A DNA stretch of 63,962 nucleotides, filler included, from Octopus bimaculoides (Eukaryota), in the NCBI RefSeq assembly GCF_001194135.2. It is 6 parts of 6 records of this genome, joined end to end, with 100 filler letters (N's around TTAATTAATTAA, not from the genome) between each part and the next. Parts side by side here need not be neighbours in the genome. Positions count along the whole stretch, not along the records: positions 19,726 to 34,341 come from NC_068983.1; positions 34,442 to 40,227 come from NW_026433310.1; 4 more parts are not named here. One strand, written 5' to 3'. Position numbers and translations under genes: made by a program. This document shows, in pieces, positions 26,787-39,874 of the stretch. Within the stretch, counting starts at the first letter, position 1. Every line of letters starts with the position of its first letter. Below the pieces are notes generated by a model that was not told the DNA's origin, searched no databases, and saw nothing but the letters and a program-made list of their open reading frames with translations.

Positions 26787-27656
26787 ATTACATGGGAAAA
26801 TGCGAGGAAGAAAAATAATATTCTTAAGATTATAGACCTGGAAAAGTACAGGGCAAGTTATTACACTTGGAATAGTTCAAGAAAAGTTATTACATTTGGT
26901 AAAGTAGAGAACAAGAAAATTTTACTTAAAATATTGCAGCTAAGGTTAAAATTTCAAATAAAATATTTAGATTTAGAAAATATTAGCTTTTATTAAAACT
27001 AAAAGTTTTATAACAAGTTATTACTTCTATTTGTTATTACTTGTTACTTCTGTTCAAAATTAAAAATAACTCAAAATATGATTTGCACTTTAATAAAATT
27101 CATGTTTTTAATTATTCATTAATAATTAGACCTTTGAAAATAGGTGATAAAACATAATAGTAGCACATAATTATTCAGTACAATAAATAGAATAATACAA
27201 ACATGAGTTATATATTACAGTAAAATATACCTATAACTAACTAACAGTAAAATTTGCTTGAGTTATTGGCAAGTCTTCACGTTTTTAGTCTTGACCCAAT
27301 GCTTCTTTTTCCCACAATGAATTTGCCTACCATAAATACTGTCCTACTTTGCATCACACTTTAGTTACATTGTTACCTCTGGCGCTCACTTTCAAGTGTT
27401 CTTGTGTGTCAATATTTTAACAATGTGATGGAGCCTTTTTTAAAAATTATAATGTTACTTTATGAATGAAAATCAAATAATTTTGATATTTAAATGTTAT
27501 CCTTACCTGCAATATTTTAGTTAAACATGTTTTTGTTCTGTACTTTACCACATGATATAACTTGTCCTGAACTTTTCCAAGTGCAATAACTTGTCCTATA
27601 ATTTTCCAGGTTTATAATGTTAAGAATATTATTTCTCCTGTAATTTTCCATGTAAT
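26787..27656. repeat. Old foldback element: about 185-bp diverged inverted arms, about 500-bp spacer
   Basis: 26787-26973 aligns to the reverse complement of 27471-27656. The arms contain internal subrepeats of about 28 bp (gaaaagt.cagg.caagttatt.cacttg). Confidence 0.8.
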
Positions 27657-28079
27657 CCATGTTTTTCCAGGTTATGCTATTGTGCTAATTAATAATGTAT
27701 TAAATATGTCAACTAGCGATGTTGTTGATAATGTTTTCCTTACGTCAATGACTATCACCTTCAGATTTGAGCGACAATCACTCAGAACGTTTTTCTTCTA
27801 AAGCTTCATTGCATGAGATTCCTACTATGAAATTCCTCGAATTCAGATCCATCATTTAAGCTTAATTAAAATATAGTTTGTTTTTAAAATAAAAAAGAAT
27901 TAATTATACTTATCTCCAATGTTTTGCCTTATATGTTTTTCATGATATTTTACCTCACAACTTATTTATACAAATGTTTGTTGCACGGGACAAAAACTAT
28001 GAAATTTCTCATGCTTTCGTCTATGATTGAAGCTAATATTAATATATTTTGCTTTTAAAATAAAAGAAAGTTATTTAGA

Positions 28080-29400
28080 TCTATACTTGATTGGAGGCGT
28101 TCTCCTATAACGTTGCTACAAATTTTGATGTAGACTTTTTTTCTACTGGACCAAATCTCAAATGTGTATGCCAAAATGTAGCTAGAGCCCAATCCTCTTC
28201 AAGCATGTTAACGGTTTTCAAATTATTCAAGAACTGAATTAGCGACAACCTCTGAAATATGCTGCGCATAAGTACATTGGCAGCTTTAAGGATATTATTC
28301 AGATAGTACCGTAGTTGAATGATATCATCAATCGAAGCTTTTCATCTCGATATATAACATGTTAAACTCTGCCATGTTTTATATAGGGAATGCTCGTCTT
28401 GAGTATATTACGTCAGCTACATTGGAGATAAATCAGCCTCACTAGATTTTCATTATTTCTATAGATACTGACCCCTTCTAAGCCGAGTGGAATATTTAGG
28501 ATGTTTTTGTATGAAAACTGCATGGCATTGTGCTTAAGAGTATTACAATGGGTAATGTGTTACATGTAAAAATATTAGTAAAATGTCTTAATAATACTGT
28601 ATGCAATGAGCTCATACATTTTAATTAAATAAATTCCATCTATAGTAAGACGATATAATAATTGTCAACGGGTAATTCTGATCAAGAAAGCAATAAAAAG
28701 AATCCCCGGAACTTGATTCAATTCAAGTTGTTAATTGTAGGGTGCAGAACTCTAATAGAACGATTTTCAGCAAAATGATAACAAACTTTGTTTATAAAAT
28801 AAGAGGAAGATAATGCTTGGCGTCAAAATCCGTCTTTCATGCAGCCTGCGTTCTGAGTATGGTCTTTAGCAATTATACGAGGTGATACTTGTGAGAATGA
28901 CCTTTGGAAATTTATCCACTGCATTAATGCCTCGTAGTCATTTATTATTGAAGCTTTAATTTTGATAACACAAATATAAGTATATTGTTTTAATTTAGAG
29001 ACTAGTGCAACTGCAATTCTGAATTCGACAGCATATTAGCCCATTTATCATAGTGAATTTAGTAGCTTCTAACGCTTGAATTAAAGTGAAAGCCTGTTCA
29101 ATTTTTGATTTAAGCATTTTCAAAATTGAGAAAATATTCGGATCTCAACTACACACTCGCTTAGTATAAGAATTGATGTTAAGCCAATTTGGCATATATC
29201 AATCCATGTAACCCTGAAGATAAATTCTGCGGAGCAAAAGTCAACAGCAGCTGAATTAATTTGATAGCGCAGAGGATTCAAGGTGTGGTATGTTAGTTTC
29301 CTTCATTTGAACTACTTTTAATGCACAGGAAAGCAGTACAGAAGAACCTAATTTCTGCAATCCTTATCCCCCCTTCCCCCACTGTCTTTCTTCATAGATC
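28080..29400 (-). mobile_element. Possible highly decayed hAT transposase
   Basis: Only weak peptide echoes (HTLN..; ..KKVYIKICSNVIGERL, similar to the hAT dimerization segment), with many stops. Confidence 0.22.
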
Positions 29401-32400
29401 AATACGTTAAGAATTTAAACATAAATGCATGGAATTTACATAGAACGTTAAGAAAACACATCATAGGAGATGTACTCTGCGTTTTGAGTATGAAAAAGTA
29501 AGTTCACATATTCTGCAAATTAGTATTAATTTCTTTTATCACAAAACTGATCGGGAAAATTCATGTTTTATTCGTGAGTTGCGATATACATTATCTACCT
29601 CTTCTATTTCATCTGCTGTGTTATTAACAATGCAAGCATCAAATTGAAAATGAGACTTAAATAACATTTCATGTTAACATGCCTAACGAGAAAAGATTTA
29701 ACGCTGAGCCAAAACAGGTCTATAACTACCTGGTCTCATAACCTCCTATGTTATAATACTTTTAAAAGAAAGTTATATTTTAAGATAAATTCATTTAGAA
29801 TTATAATGTAAATAATAAAAAAATAGCACAGGAACTTTACTTACCAAATTACATGTATGCATAGATGGAAAGGTTGATAAACATATGAATGGATAGATTC
29901 ATGGATGGTTGGATAGATCAATGAAGTACTAGATTGGAAGGTCAGAATTTCATATCGAACTAAAGCTCAGCATTTTGACAGGATNNNNNNNNNNTTGTAA
30001 ATACTATTCACGACTACGTACATGTTTACCTCTGTAACCGACAACGACGATGTAAATACGTCAATTGTTACATGAACTCATTCTACCTGTAACACACTGC
30101 TTTGCTTTCATAGAGATGAGGACTTACACTAGGAATATTACATAACGACAGAAGCTTCAATATTTTCATAAATTCTGATGCAATATCGGAATCGGTTCCA
30201 GTGTTATGAAAGATTTAATGCCATATGAATATATTAGATATTTGATCCACATCATTATATTTTTATCATTTATGTTATATTCGTTACTAATACTACCTCA
30301 CTGGCGAGCAAAATCATTCGCAGATACGGAAGGGTATCCGACAATACGCTTTGTGGTATTTAGTTACTTTCATGTTATATGGATTCAAATCCCGAAATGA
30401 CAAGCTTTGATGTTAAAACTTTCGGAGATCAATAAAATAAAATTATTCTCATACACAAAGTGAGTCACTTTTTGTCATTGAAGAAATCAATGTAAATCAA
30501 TAAGGGATCATGAACGTAATCACATGCTTTGTAAAAATAGCACATTTTATATTCTGAACAGGAAACCATCAAGCTATGTATAACAGTAAAGGAGACATGG
30601 CTAGGACATAAAATGCATGCTTAATACAACCTAAACTCTCTTACAAGATTTCCTATATCCATATATCTTTGGTTTTGAACGTGTTGGTATGCCTTTCGTT
30701 ATATTTAATCTGCTTGAGAAAAGCTTATTTATAATAACAACATTATCATCACTGAATTTTTTTTATCCGTTTCACATTCTCAATAGTATATTGACAATAA
30801 CTGTAGTAGAAGCATAGTAGCCAAGTTTAGGTCAACAAATCAAAGCTAACGCCCAATCATTAAAATTGTTTTCGTATTTCTATGGTTTTATTATTTCCTT
30901 TTAAGCATTTTTATCTCTCTCTTTACTCTTTTACTCTTTTACTTGTTTAGTTATTTGACTGCGGCCATGCTGGAGCACACACACACACACACNNNNNNNN
31001 NNNNNNNNNNNNNNNNNNNNNNNNNNNNNNNNNNNNNNNNNNNNNNNNNNNNNNNNNNNNNNNNNNNNNNNNNNNNNNNNNNNNNNNNNNNTATATATAT
31101 ATATATATATATATATATGCATATATACATATATACGACGCGCTTCTTTCGGTTTCCGTCTACCAAAATACGCTCACAAGGCTTTGGTCGGCCCGAAGTT
31201 ATAGTAGAAGACACTTCGGAACCATGTGGTTGGTAAGCAAGCTTCTTACCACACAACCACTCTACTTTTACCTATAATACCTAAGAATACAAACACCCTA
31301 AATAGTTACTATGGCATCCATACAGTGACACATATTTCCAGAACAACTAAAATGTCACAACTCTACGCTTGAAGAAATTACCTGACTTGGAAGAAACAGA
31401 TTTCTCTACCGTAGTACTTTAGCCCTAACTTTGAATTAACATGCTAAACAAGTTCTTTCGTGGACGTAACAAGAACATTGAGCAATTGATAATTTTTTCT
31501 GTTTTACACTTGTATGAGGATAAGCAGTTTAACTATAGTTGTGAAATCCTTACTATATTAGCAACAATAAAACAAAATTTATTTTAACATATTATCTTCC
31601 AAAGCATCACAGTGTCACATAGATTTTAATCATTAAATATCATTGTTCGTATAAATATGCATTATTTTTCCGTTTCCTTATGAAATTAAATATATACGAA
31701 GAATGTGTTAATATCCTGTGCTTCTTGTTTGGTTATGATTTCATTTTTAATTTTATATTTTTGGGAAATTTTGCATTTCTTCATATGTTCCTTTTTCTCT
31801 CGTTTTTACAATTTGAAATAAATAAAATGATTTTACTCAAAAATGCATAAAAGAAATATTGTTATATATATGTTATTAAAAGATAGAAAAAAACAAAGAC
31901 AGTAATAAAAGAAGGTGAGGTAGAGAAACAGAGATGGCAGAAGAAGGAGATATACACAAATAAAGAAAATATGTGTGTATTTTATTTTGGTTTTAATTTT
32001 TTTCTCTTTTACAGCCGAAATGTTATTGAAATCTATAAACATTAATAGCTGGTTGGGGTCCTGAAAAAGCACAGAAAAAAGTTATAAACAAACAAAGGGC
32101 TGCAAAACAAATTTGACATTTATAGCTAGTAAAAATTATAAAATGATCGATTACACATTTTGCTGTTTTTTTTTTTTTTACTTATTTGTCTTACATTTGT
32201 GTTAGCTCTGTTATTTTTCTATACTTTCCCATCACTTTTTGTATCAGATTCTATTTGAAAATATTAAAGCATTCAAGTGCTGACATTTCTAACTCTAGTA
32301 TTCACAATGCGAAGAACAACAACATTCAAACAATTGGAGCCAAACTTAAAAATATAACCGACATCATATTTTTAATTTCAAGTGTTCAAAGAATTTTTGC

Positions 32401-33533
32401 CAAAAGTTCTTACGAAGAAACTGTTTCTGGTTATTTATGACGTATTTGTAGTTAAGTGTATATGACGCATCATCTTTTAATTTAGAGTTATGGAGAGTAA
32501 CAATTCATTTCTGGTTGCTTCCTTTGTTGAAAAAATAAACCACCACGAAGGAATCGCCAAAGTAACAGTAGGGGACTGAAGTAACTCTGGGAAAAAACAT
32601 TCAATATTGTGTAAAATTCTTCTTGTCTAGTGGATATTACAACGTGCAATCGTTCCTTGATTGAAACATTTGAATACTTTTTTATGCTGTTAAAGATTGT
32701 GAAAACAAATTATGAATTTGACAAACTCCATAACCTGGTTAGTTATTTCCAAAGTTTCACGCATTGTACAAAGTTAAGAAAAGGGAAACAGTACGTCATC
32801 TGAAATTTACGATGAAGCAAAATTAGGCTGATATATTTTTTATTCAATTCTCATAGTATATGAATTTATCTTCATCTGTTGGGGAGATTGGAGAAATATT
32901 TCTTAATTTATCAACTCAACGTAAGACTACGAAAGCACCAGAAGCCAGGAAAACTTAAGTAGTATTACAATTTGATGAACTAATATTTAGGCTCCAAAGA
33001 GATTTAAGCTAATTACTTATATGATACTTCCTTATACCAATCGTCACTCCAATATATATCAATATCACACGAATCCCCATCGTCATTTCTTGGTACCGCT
33101 CTCGCTTAACTTTTTATCTTTCTCTTTCATTCTGTTTTTGCTTTCTCTGTTCATTTTCTCTCTGGGTTTTCTATTTCTGTCTCCCTGTCCGTCGTCCTCG
33201 TTGAGATACAATAAACTAGTGGACAGCAGATAATGCAGTGCGAAATAATCTAAATTTTAAAAAAGCCTACGTATTCACGAATAAAGTGACATTTATCTTA
33301 TGATTCAAGATAACAACTAGCATTTGTTACAAAAAATTAATGTTATACTGAAATGATATTACGGTACAGTACTCACACAGATGAGATAAACTCTCTTAGT
33401 ATGATATAGGAAAACATGGTACATATATATATATAATAGAGATTCAGTTGAGTTAGTACTTAAGTTGAAGCACCAAGTCAGTCCAGTAATATCCGCACAG
33501 CTCAAAGTTGAATAAAATAGAAATAAGCAACAG

Positions 33534-33990
33534 AATATCAGGAAGTGATGCAATACGACCGTTTCAAGCGGGTCCATTTAATTGAACAATGCAATCGTAA
33601 CATCAATTTAAATGCAGTGCTATTATCAGCTGCACAAGGAAATAGAATTTTAACCAGTTGGGCACATTAATATAATTTTTGTCAAATACCTTAACTACTA
33701 GTTGTTGATAAAAAGACAAATAAATTAGAAATGAACTACAATCCTTTACAAGCCATGCCCGTAGTGGGCTTCATGCCATTTTTGGAAGTGTAGTCTATTG
33801 TCACCTACAATAGCGACAACATGAATTTCTTCCATCTTCTTGCTCTGTCAAAGTATTTGAGAAAAATTATATTAATGTGCCCAACTGATTAAGATTCTAT
33901 TTAGCACAGCATGTAAATTAATGTAATGATTGCATTGTTCATTTAAATGTATCCGCTTGAAACGGTCGTACTACTTCACGTCGTGATATC
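33534..33990. repeat. Diverged foldback element, arms about 140-155 bp
   Basis: 33534-33690 against 33852-33990; shared tacgaccgtttcaagcgg and cagttgggcacattaatataattttt blocks; one indel of about 15 bp. Confidence 0.82.
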
Positions 33991-34087
33991 CTGCTGCTTA
34001 TTTTGATGATTATATATATACATGATTGACCGTTGACTGGACACTATTCAATTTTTTTTCTCCGTGTTTTTCTCCTTGTCTCCGTAT

Positions 34088-34124
34088 TCTTTCTGTTGAA
34101 GAGCGTAGCTCGAAACGTCAAAGA
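34088..34124 (+). ncRNA. Candidate minimal hammerhead-like fold in a short repeat (about 34025-34220)
   Basis: UCUUU-CUGUUGA-A-GAGC-GUA-GCUC-GAAA-C-GUC-AAAGA. Core has A6U. A degenerate family member is at 57635-57671. Confidence 0.48.
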
Positions 34125-35918
34125 CTTTCCGTATTCCCGAGCGTCATACTAATACATCATTTTGTTATTTACACCACCTGTCCTCGTCTGTTGTTGTTTT
34201 TTCGTATATTCTCCCACATATAATACACGCTCACGTGGTCGCACCAGCTAATCCTGTCTCCTCTCATCACACGAACTTTTGGATTCTACCTTCTTTCCTT
34301 CTGGATCTACTCTTTCTGGACTGTTTGATTCTGAACTTTATNNNNNNNNNNNNNNNNNNNNNNNNNNNNNNNNNNNNNNNNNNNNTTAATTAATTAANNN
34401 NNNNNNNNNNNNNNNNNNNNNNNNNNNNNNNNNNNNNNNNNAAACCCAAGTAATTTGCGCACCTGTGTAATTTACACAGGTGATTTTCAGGATAGAAATT
34501 GTTTAAAAAAATGCTTCTACTTGTGTAAAATTCACAACCAAATGTTTTCAGAATTACTGATATGGCCAGGGAGAAAACGTTTTCTATTTAGTTGTATTTA
34601 GCATAATTTCACTTACTTATGGTTAGATTTCATTAAATTTTCATTAAATAAAAATAATTTCTGTTTAATAGGTATCACATTGAAAGCTATTAAATTACAA
34701 AGTGTTTGTGTTGTTTATAATAGACTTTATTTTACATTTCTTGCACACAAGAAATTATGTCCGAACTTTAGCATACTACTGTCTGTCTTCTCCAATCATG
34801 ATCACAGGAAAAGTTGAGAATTACCAACAAAAACAAAGTTGATAAATATGCATAGGTGTTGCAAATTAAGTTTAATTACCAATAAACATCAGATGGTTGA
34901 TACTTTACTGAACCGACAGAGGAAGGTGACTGATGAAACTGATTATGTAAACAGAATTCTGATTGGTCGAAAGTGTCTTCTTGCCTCTGATTTTCCGCCT
35001 ATTCTTGTTGGAACCTTTGTTATGGAATATTGAAGTTTTAATCCCTTTTGCACTTATAAAATGTCAAGCAAACTTAGAAATTTGTTATTACTGTTTTTGC
35101 CAGGAGACCAAACTGATACTTTGGTAACTCACTAAAATAAACATTAAAAATTGAAAGGAGAAAATTAGCAGCTTTGCAAGTTTAACTCAGTGTTTATTGA
35201 ACAAGAGAGGTGCAAAATTTAAGAAGTGACTTGTTAGAATATACATGTCTGTGAGGAGACATAAAAACAAGAATAGCAAAAATCTACTACACCAAAAGAA
35301 CTGGTAATACATAAATTACAAGTGTTCTATGAAGAGAACATTAAGATTGCTGCATAATTCAATATGAATGTGAAACAACATTAAACATCATATAGGGTAA
35401 ATGAAGGTTTCTGTAGGAATGCTAAAAGTCATATTCACTCAGTGAGTTTAGATGTGTAAGGATGAATTATGATGTTGCCGTTGTCGGCGTTAGATGCAGT
35501 AAGAGCTGGTAGTGGTGATATTGGCGGTGTCAGCAGTGATGAATTTCATTGTGACATAATGTGGAAAAAGTGAGCAATAGCTTCATGGAAGCAAATGCAA
35601 GCTAGACTTCTTAAGCAGAGAAAAACCGATCTAGTTAAGGAAATTGCTGGGCTCCACAGAAATATGAAGGTTTTTCTGCTAAGAGAACACATGATCCATT
35701 TGAGCCCATCTGACTGGTTGACTGGGTAGTTTGGCGTAATTGTTTTTGGGGACAAATTGCACCTAAAAACTAACTAATCAAAGCAAATGATTAAAACATG
35801 ATCTTTATAACTAATTGTTTTCTGCTACATCCAGACAACAGCTATTAATAAAAGGGAGAGAGAATAGTTTGTAATTTATGCTTTTGAGAATCCATTGTGC
35901 TACACTGTTATTCTCAGT

Positions 35919-37220
35919 ATGGGCAGAACTTATGAGTTACTTACTGTGAAGGAGAAACTAAATATTATTGAATATGCGTTTGATCATGGCAATAGAGCTG
36001 CCGGAAGGTATTTTAATGTTAATGAATCCAATGTTCAAAATTGGCAAACTTAAAACTGTGCCTAGTAATAAACGTGTCAATGGGGGTAAATCTGCAAAAT
36101 TCCCTGAGTTAGAGACTGAACTTTATCATTGGATATGTGACAAATGTAATGAGGGTTTTAGTGTAAGCACCACTGAGATAAGATTACGTGCTAGTTAGTT
36201 ATTTAAGACCTGATATAGTGCTAATAGCATGGACTTAAAAGCTTTGTTGAACTGGTGCTATCGTTTTACGAACCGTTATGACTTAAGTGTACGGCGTAGA
36301 ACAACAATTGTGCAAAGACTTCCTGAAGATTACAAAGAAAAGTTGACAAACTTTCAGAGTTATGTTATCAAAGATAGAAGAAAATATAGTATTGAACCAT
36401 CATGCATCAGGAATGCAGACCAAACCCCGTTAACATTTGATCTGCTGCATGACACAACAGTGACACATGTTAATGAAAAATCAGTTAAAATAACAACTGG
36501 AAATGAAAAGAATAGATTTACTGTGATGCTAGCATGCTTAGGAGACGGAACAAAATTGCCGCCATATATTATCTTCAAAAGAAAGGCATTGCCAAAGTTA
36601 AACTTTCCAAAAGGCATAATTGTTAGAGTCCATGAAAAAGGCTGGATGGTTGAATCCAACATGAAAGAATGGCTAAGACTTGTGTGGGGACGATGTCCCA
36701 ATACCCCTGAATGTAGTTTATTAGTTTAGGATAGTGTTAGATGCCATAAGTCAGACTATGTGAAAGATGTATTAAGAAGTGACAACTGTGAACTTGCTAC
36801 CATTCCCAGTGGAATGACTTCGATTTTGCAGCTGTTAGATGTTGGGATAAATAAACCCATAAAATTTGCTTTGCGCCAAAGTGAAACAAATAGATTAGTG
36901 GCGATAAATATTCTTTTAGTAAAGGTAGCCGTATGAAAAAGGCTGAATTAGACAAGATGTGTCTTGTGGATTCTTGAGGCATGGAATGAACTTGACCCCA
37001 AGATCATTGTAAAATCATTTCTTAAGTGCAGCATTTCCAACCATCTTGATGGTAAGCAGGATAATGTTTTGTAGCAGTCCGAACCTGCTACATTTGATGA
37101 TCATGCTGATGAACAAGATGATTCAATGGATGTATATTATCATGATAAGGACACTAACGACTTTGATGCAGAGGCATTTTTTTATGTTGGATGATGAGGA
37201 TGAGTTCTTTGGATTTGATA
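35919..37220 (+). pseudogene. pogo/POGK-like DDE transposase pseudogene
   Basis: MGRTYELLTVKEKLNIIEYAFDHGNRAAGRYFNVNESNV (Brinker-like HTH); FPELETELYHWI...VSTTEIR (CENP-B HTH); WCYRF..RYDLSVRRRTT, NADQTPLTFD, TGNEKNRFTVMLACLGDGTKLPPYIIFK, KGWM, LLV*DSVRCH, TSILQLLDVGINKPIK; acidic DEDEFFGF end. Several stops and frameshifts. Confidence 0.92.
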
Positions 37221-37364
37221 AACAGGACCGACTTAAACAAGTGAACAGTAAATACCAGTGCTCTCAATCACCAATGAGATTGAAATATGAACTGTTTAAT
37301 AATAATATTATCCATTTCAATATATTTGTTATGCATTGCCTGTACATTTTCATATAGTACATAA

Positions 37365-38483
37365 AGCAACTTCTGCCACATTCCAGGGAGGAAAACTACA
37401 AGTAGTTGACAGCTTCTATTACCTAGGTGACCAAGTCAGTAGCTGGGGTGGATGCTCTGAAAGTGTAGCTGCTAGAATAAGAATAGCCTGGGCAAAGTTC
37501 AGAGAGCTCCTACCTCTGCTGGTGACAAAGGGCCTCTTGCTGAGAGTAAAAGGTAGACTGTATGACGCATGTGTATGAACAGCCATGCTACATGGCAGTG
37601 AAACATGAGCTGTGGCTGCTGAGGACAGGCGTAAACTTGCAAGGAAGCCAGTATGCTCTGCTGGATGTGTAATGTCAGTGTGCATACACGACAGAGTGTA
37701 AGTGCCTTGAGAGAAAAGTTGGACCTAAGAAGCATCAGATGTGGTGTGCAAGAGAGACGACTGTGCTGATATGGTCATGTGGGGAGAATGGATGAGGATA
37801 GCTGTGTGAAAAAGTGTCACACCTGTGGAAGAGGTAGACCGAGGAAGTCCTGGGATGAGGTGATGAAGCATGACCTTCAAACATTAGGCCTCACCGAGGC
37901 AATGATTAGTGATTGAGACCTTTGGAAATATGGTGTGCTTGAGAAGACTCAGAAGACCCAGCATAAGCCGTGGCCTATGCCAGGGGGTGTAGCCAGCCCA
38001 CTTATGCGTACCTTTCTTTCATTGGACACTAAACTCTGCTTGCAAAGACCTGTTGAGGCAAGTGAAATCGAAATCAAATTCGCTAACGTGGCTGATGACA
38101 GCACGGCCTGACTGATTGTTGCCAGGGCTACTGACTGGCTCCAGTGTCGGTGGCATGTAAAAAGCACCATTCTAGCATGATCAATACCAGCGTTGCCTTA
38201 CTAGCACTTGTGCCGGTGGCATGTGAAAAACATTTGAGCGAGGTCGTTGCCAGTGCCCCTGGACTGGCTCCTGTGCAGGTGGCACGTAAAAAACACCATT
38301 GGAGCGTGGCCACTGCCAGTATCGCCTGGCTGGCCCTCGTGCTGGTAGCACGTAAAAGCACCCACTACACTCTTGGAGTGATTGGCGTTAGGAAGGGTAT
38401 CCAGCTGTAGAAACTCTGCCAGATCGGATTGGAGCCTTGTGCAGCCATCTGGCTCGCCAGTCCTCAGTCAAACCGTCCAACTC
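37365..38483 (+). mobile_element. RTE-clade LINE, longest copy in the window, degenerate
   Basis: LQVVDSFYYLGDQVS...ESVAARIRIAWAKFRELLPLL...VKGRLYDACV (RT C-terminus). It continues through stops and frameshifts into the same sequence as 304-1193. Confidence 0.9.
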
Positions 38484-38518
38484 ATATAGATATAATAATC
38501 GATTCCTCTACTTTTTCT

Positions 38519-38567
38519 GTCTCCGATGAAGGGATGCATTGGATTTTCCCTGAAACAGCTGTAAGAC
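38519..38567 (+). ncRNA. Candidate minimal hammerhead ribozyme (PLE-like)
   Basis: GUCU-CCGAUGA-AGGGA-N12-UCCCU-GAAA-CAGCUG-UA-AGAC. All three stems form; stem III ACAGCUGU is palindromic; the core has U4C. Confidence 0.62.
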
Positions 38568-39874
38568 TCTATCCATAAAATATATTTCTAACTTTGCCAT
38601 TGTTCTCTTTATCCTTTTCTCTATTTATACATACACACGCTAATACACGACTTATAATCCTATATCCTGTTTATACAACGAATGGGGCATAACTAGCCGG
38701 TATACAGCACTTACTCGGTATTACCTGTATCTTTGGGGTTTGATTAAATCCAATACCCTTCTTAACATTATATATATATATATATATATNNNNNNNNNNN
38801 NNNNNNNNNNNNNNNNNNNNNNNNNNNNNNNNNNNNNNNNNNNNNNNNNNNNNNNNNNNNNNNNNNNNNNNNNNNNNNNNNNNNNNNNNNNNNNNNNNNN
38901 NNNNNNNNNNNNNNNNNNNNNNNNNNNNNNNNNNNNNNNNNNNNNNNNNNNNNNNNNNNNNNNNNNNNNNNNNNNNNNNNNNNNNNNNNNNNNNNNNNNN
39001 NNNNNNNNNNNNNNNNNNNNNNNNNNNNNNNNNNNNNNNNNNNNNNNNNNNNNNNNNNNNNNNNNNNNNNNNNNNNNNNNNNNNNNNNNNNNNNNNNNNN
39101 NNNNNNNNNNNNNNNNNNNNNNNNNNNNNNNNNNNNNNNNNNNNNNNNNNNNNNNNNNNNNNNNNNNNNNNNNNNNNNNNNNNNNNNNNNNNNNNNNNNN
39201 NNNNNNNNNNNNNNNNNNNNNNNNNNNNNNNNNNNNNNNNNNNNNNNGAAAAAATCATTTCTAATAAACATTTCATTATAGATATAAAAAAATATACCAT
39301 AAACAAGTATTTAAAAAATGGAGAAAACAAATGTTGAATCCAAAATAGATTTATTACAAAACTGGATTCAATGTATATGTACGTTTCGCAAAACAATGCA
39401 AATATGTAAGAAAAAATTTTAATCATAGTAATTTTTTATTAGAATTGAATTTATGCATTGTCATTCTGATCAGTGTGAGGAATCTTTTGAAAACATCAAG
39501 AAAGTTTAATAAGATGAGTAGAATAAAATAAAATAAAAATAAAAAATAAGATACAATAAGAGAACACAGATGGGGCAGAAAGGGAAAATCAGATAATTTA
39601 CAAACCAAGTTGTGAAAGGGAAAAATAATGATAACAACAATAATAATAGTGAGAGAGACAAAAAAGAAAAAGAAAAAAGAAAGACATATCAGTATGTATG
39701 CATCTATATATGTGCAGTAAAACTATAACATAAGAATCTAACCGATATCTTTCAAAAAATAGTAACAAGGCCATGTAAACAAGGCCATGTGTGCCTAGTA
39801 GAGTACAACGTAACAATTTCACTTGCAGAAAGAAGCCATAGAGAATTATACGTATACATAATAATATTGATAAA

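Noticed and set aside
33347-33360. T-E-M-I peptide as a possible upstream T-box exon
   Set aside because: The context (CYTEMILRY) does not match LW..F...GTEMVITKSG, and there is no suitable donor.
34920-34987. CTGATGA...GAAA motif with a weak 6-bp stem II
   Set aside because: Stem III cannot form (GAAAG-UG-UC), stem II needs two G-U pairs, and stem I is not adjacent to the core. At best it is a very decayed relic.
35546-35755. ORF with an IFLW motif suggestive of RNase H
   Set aside because: The other RNase H motifs are absent.
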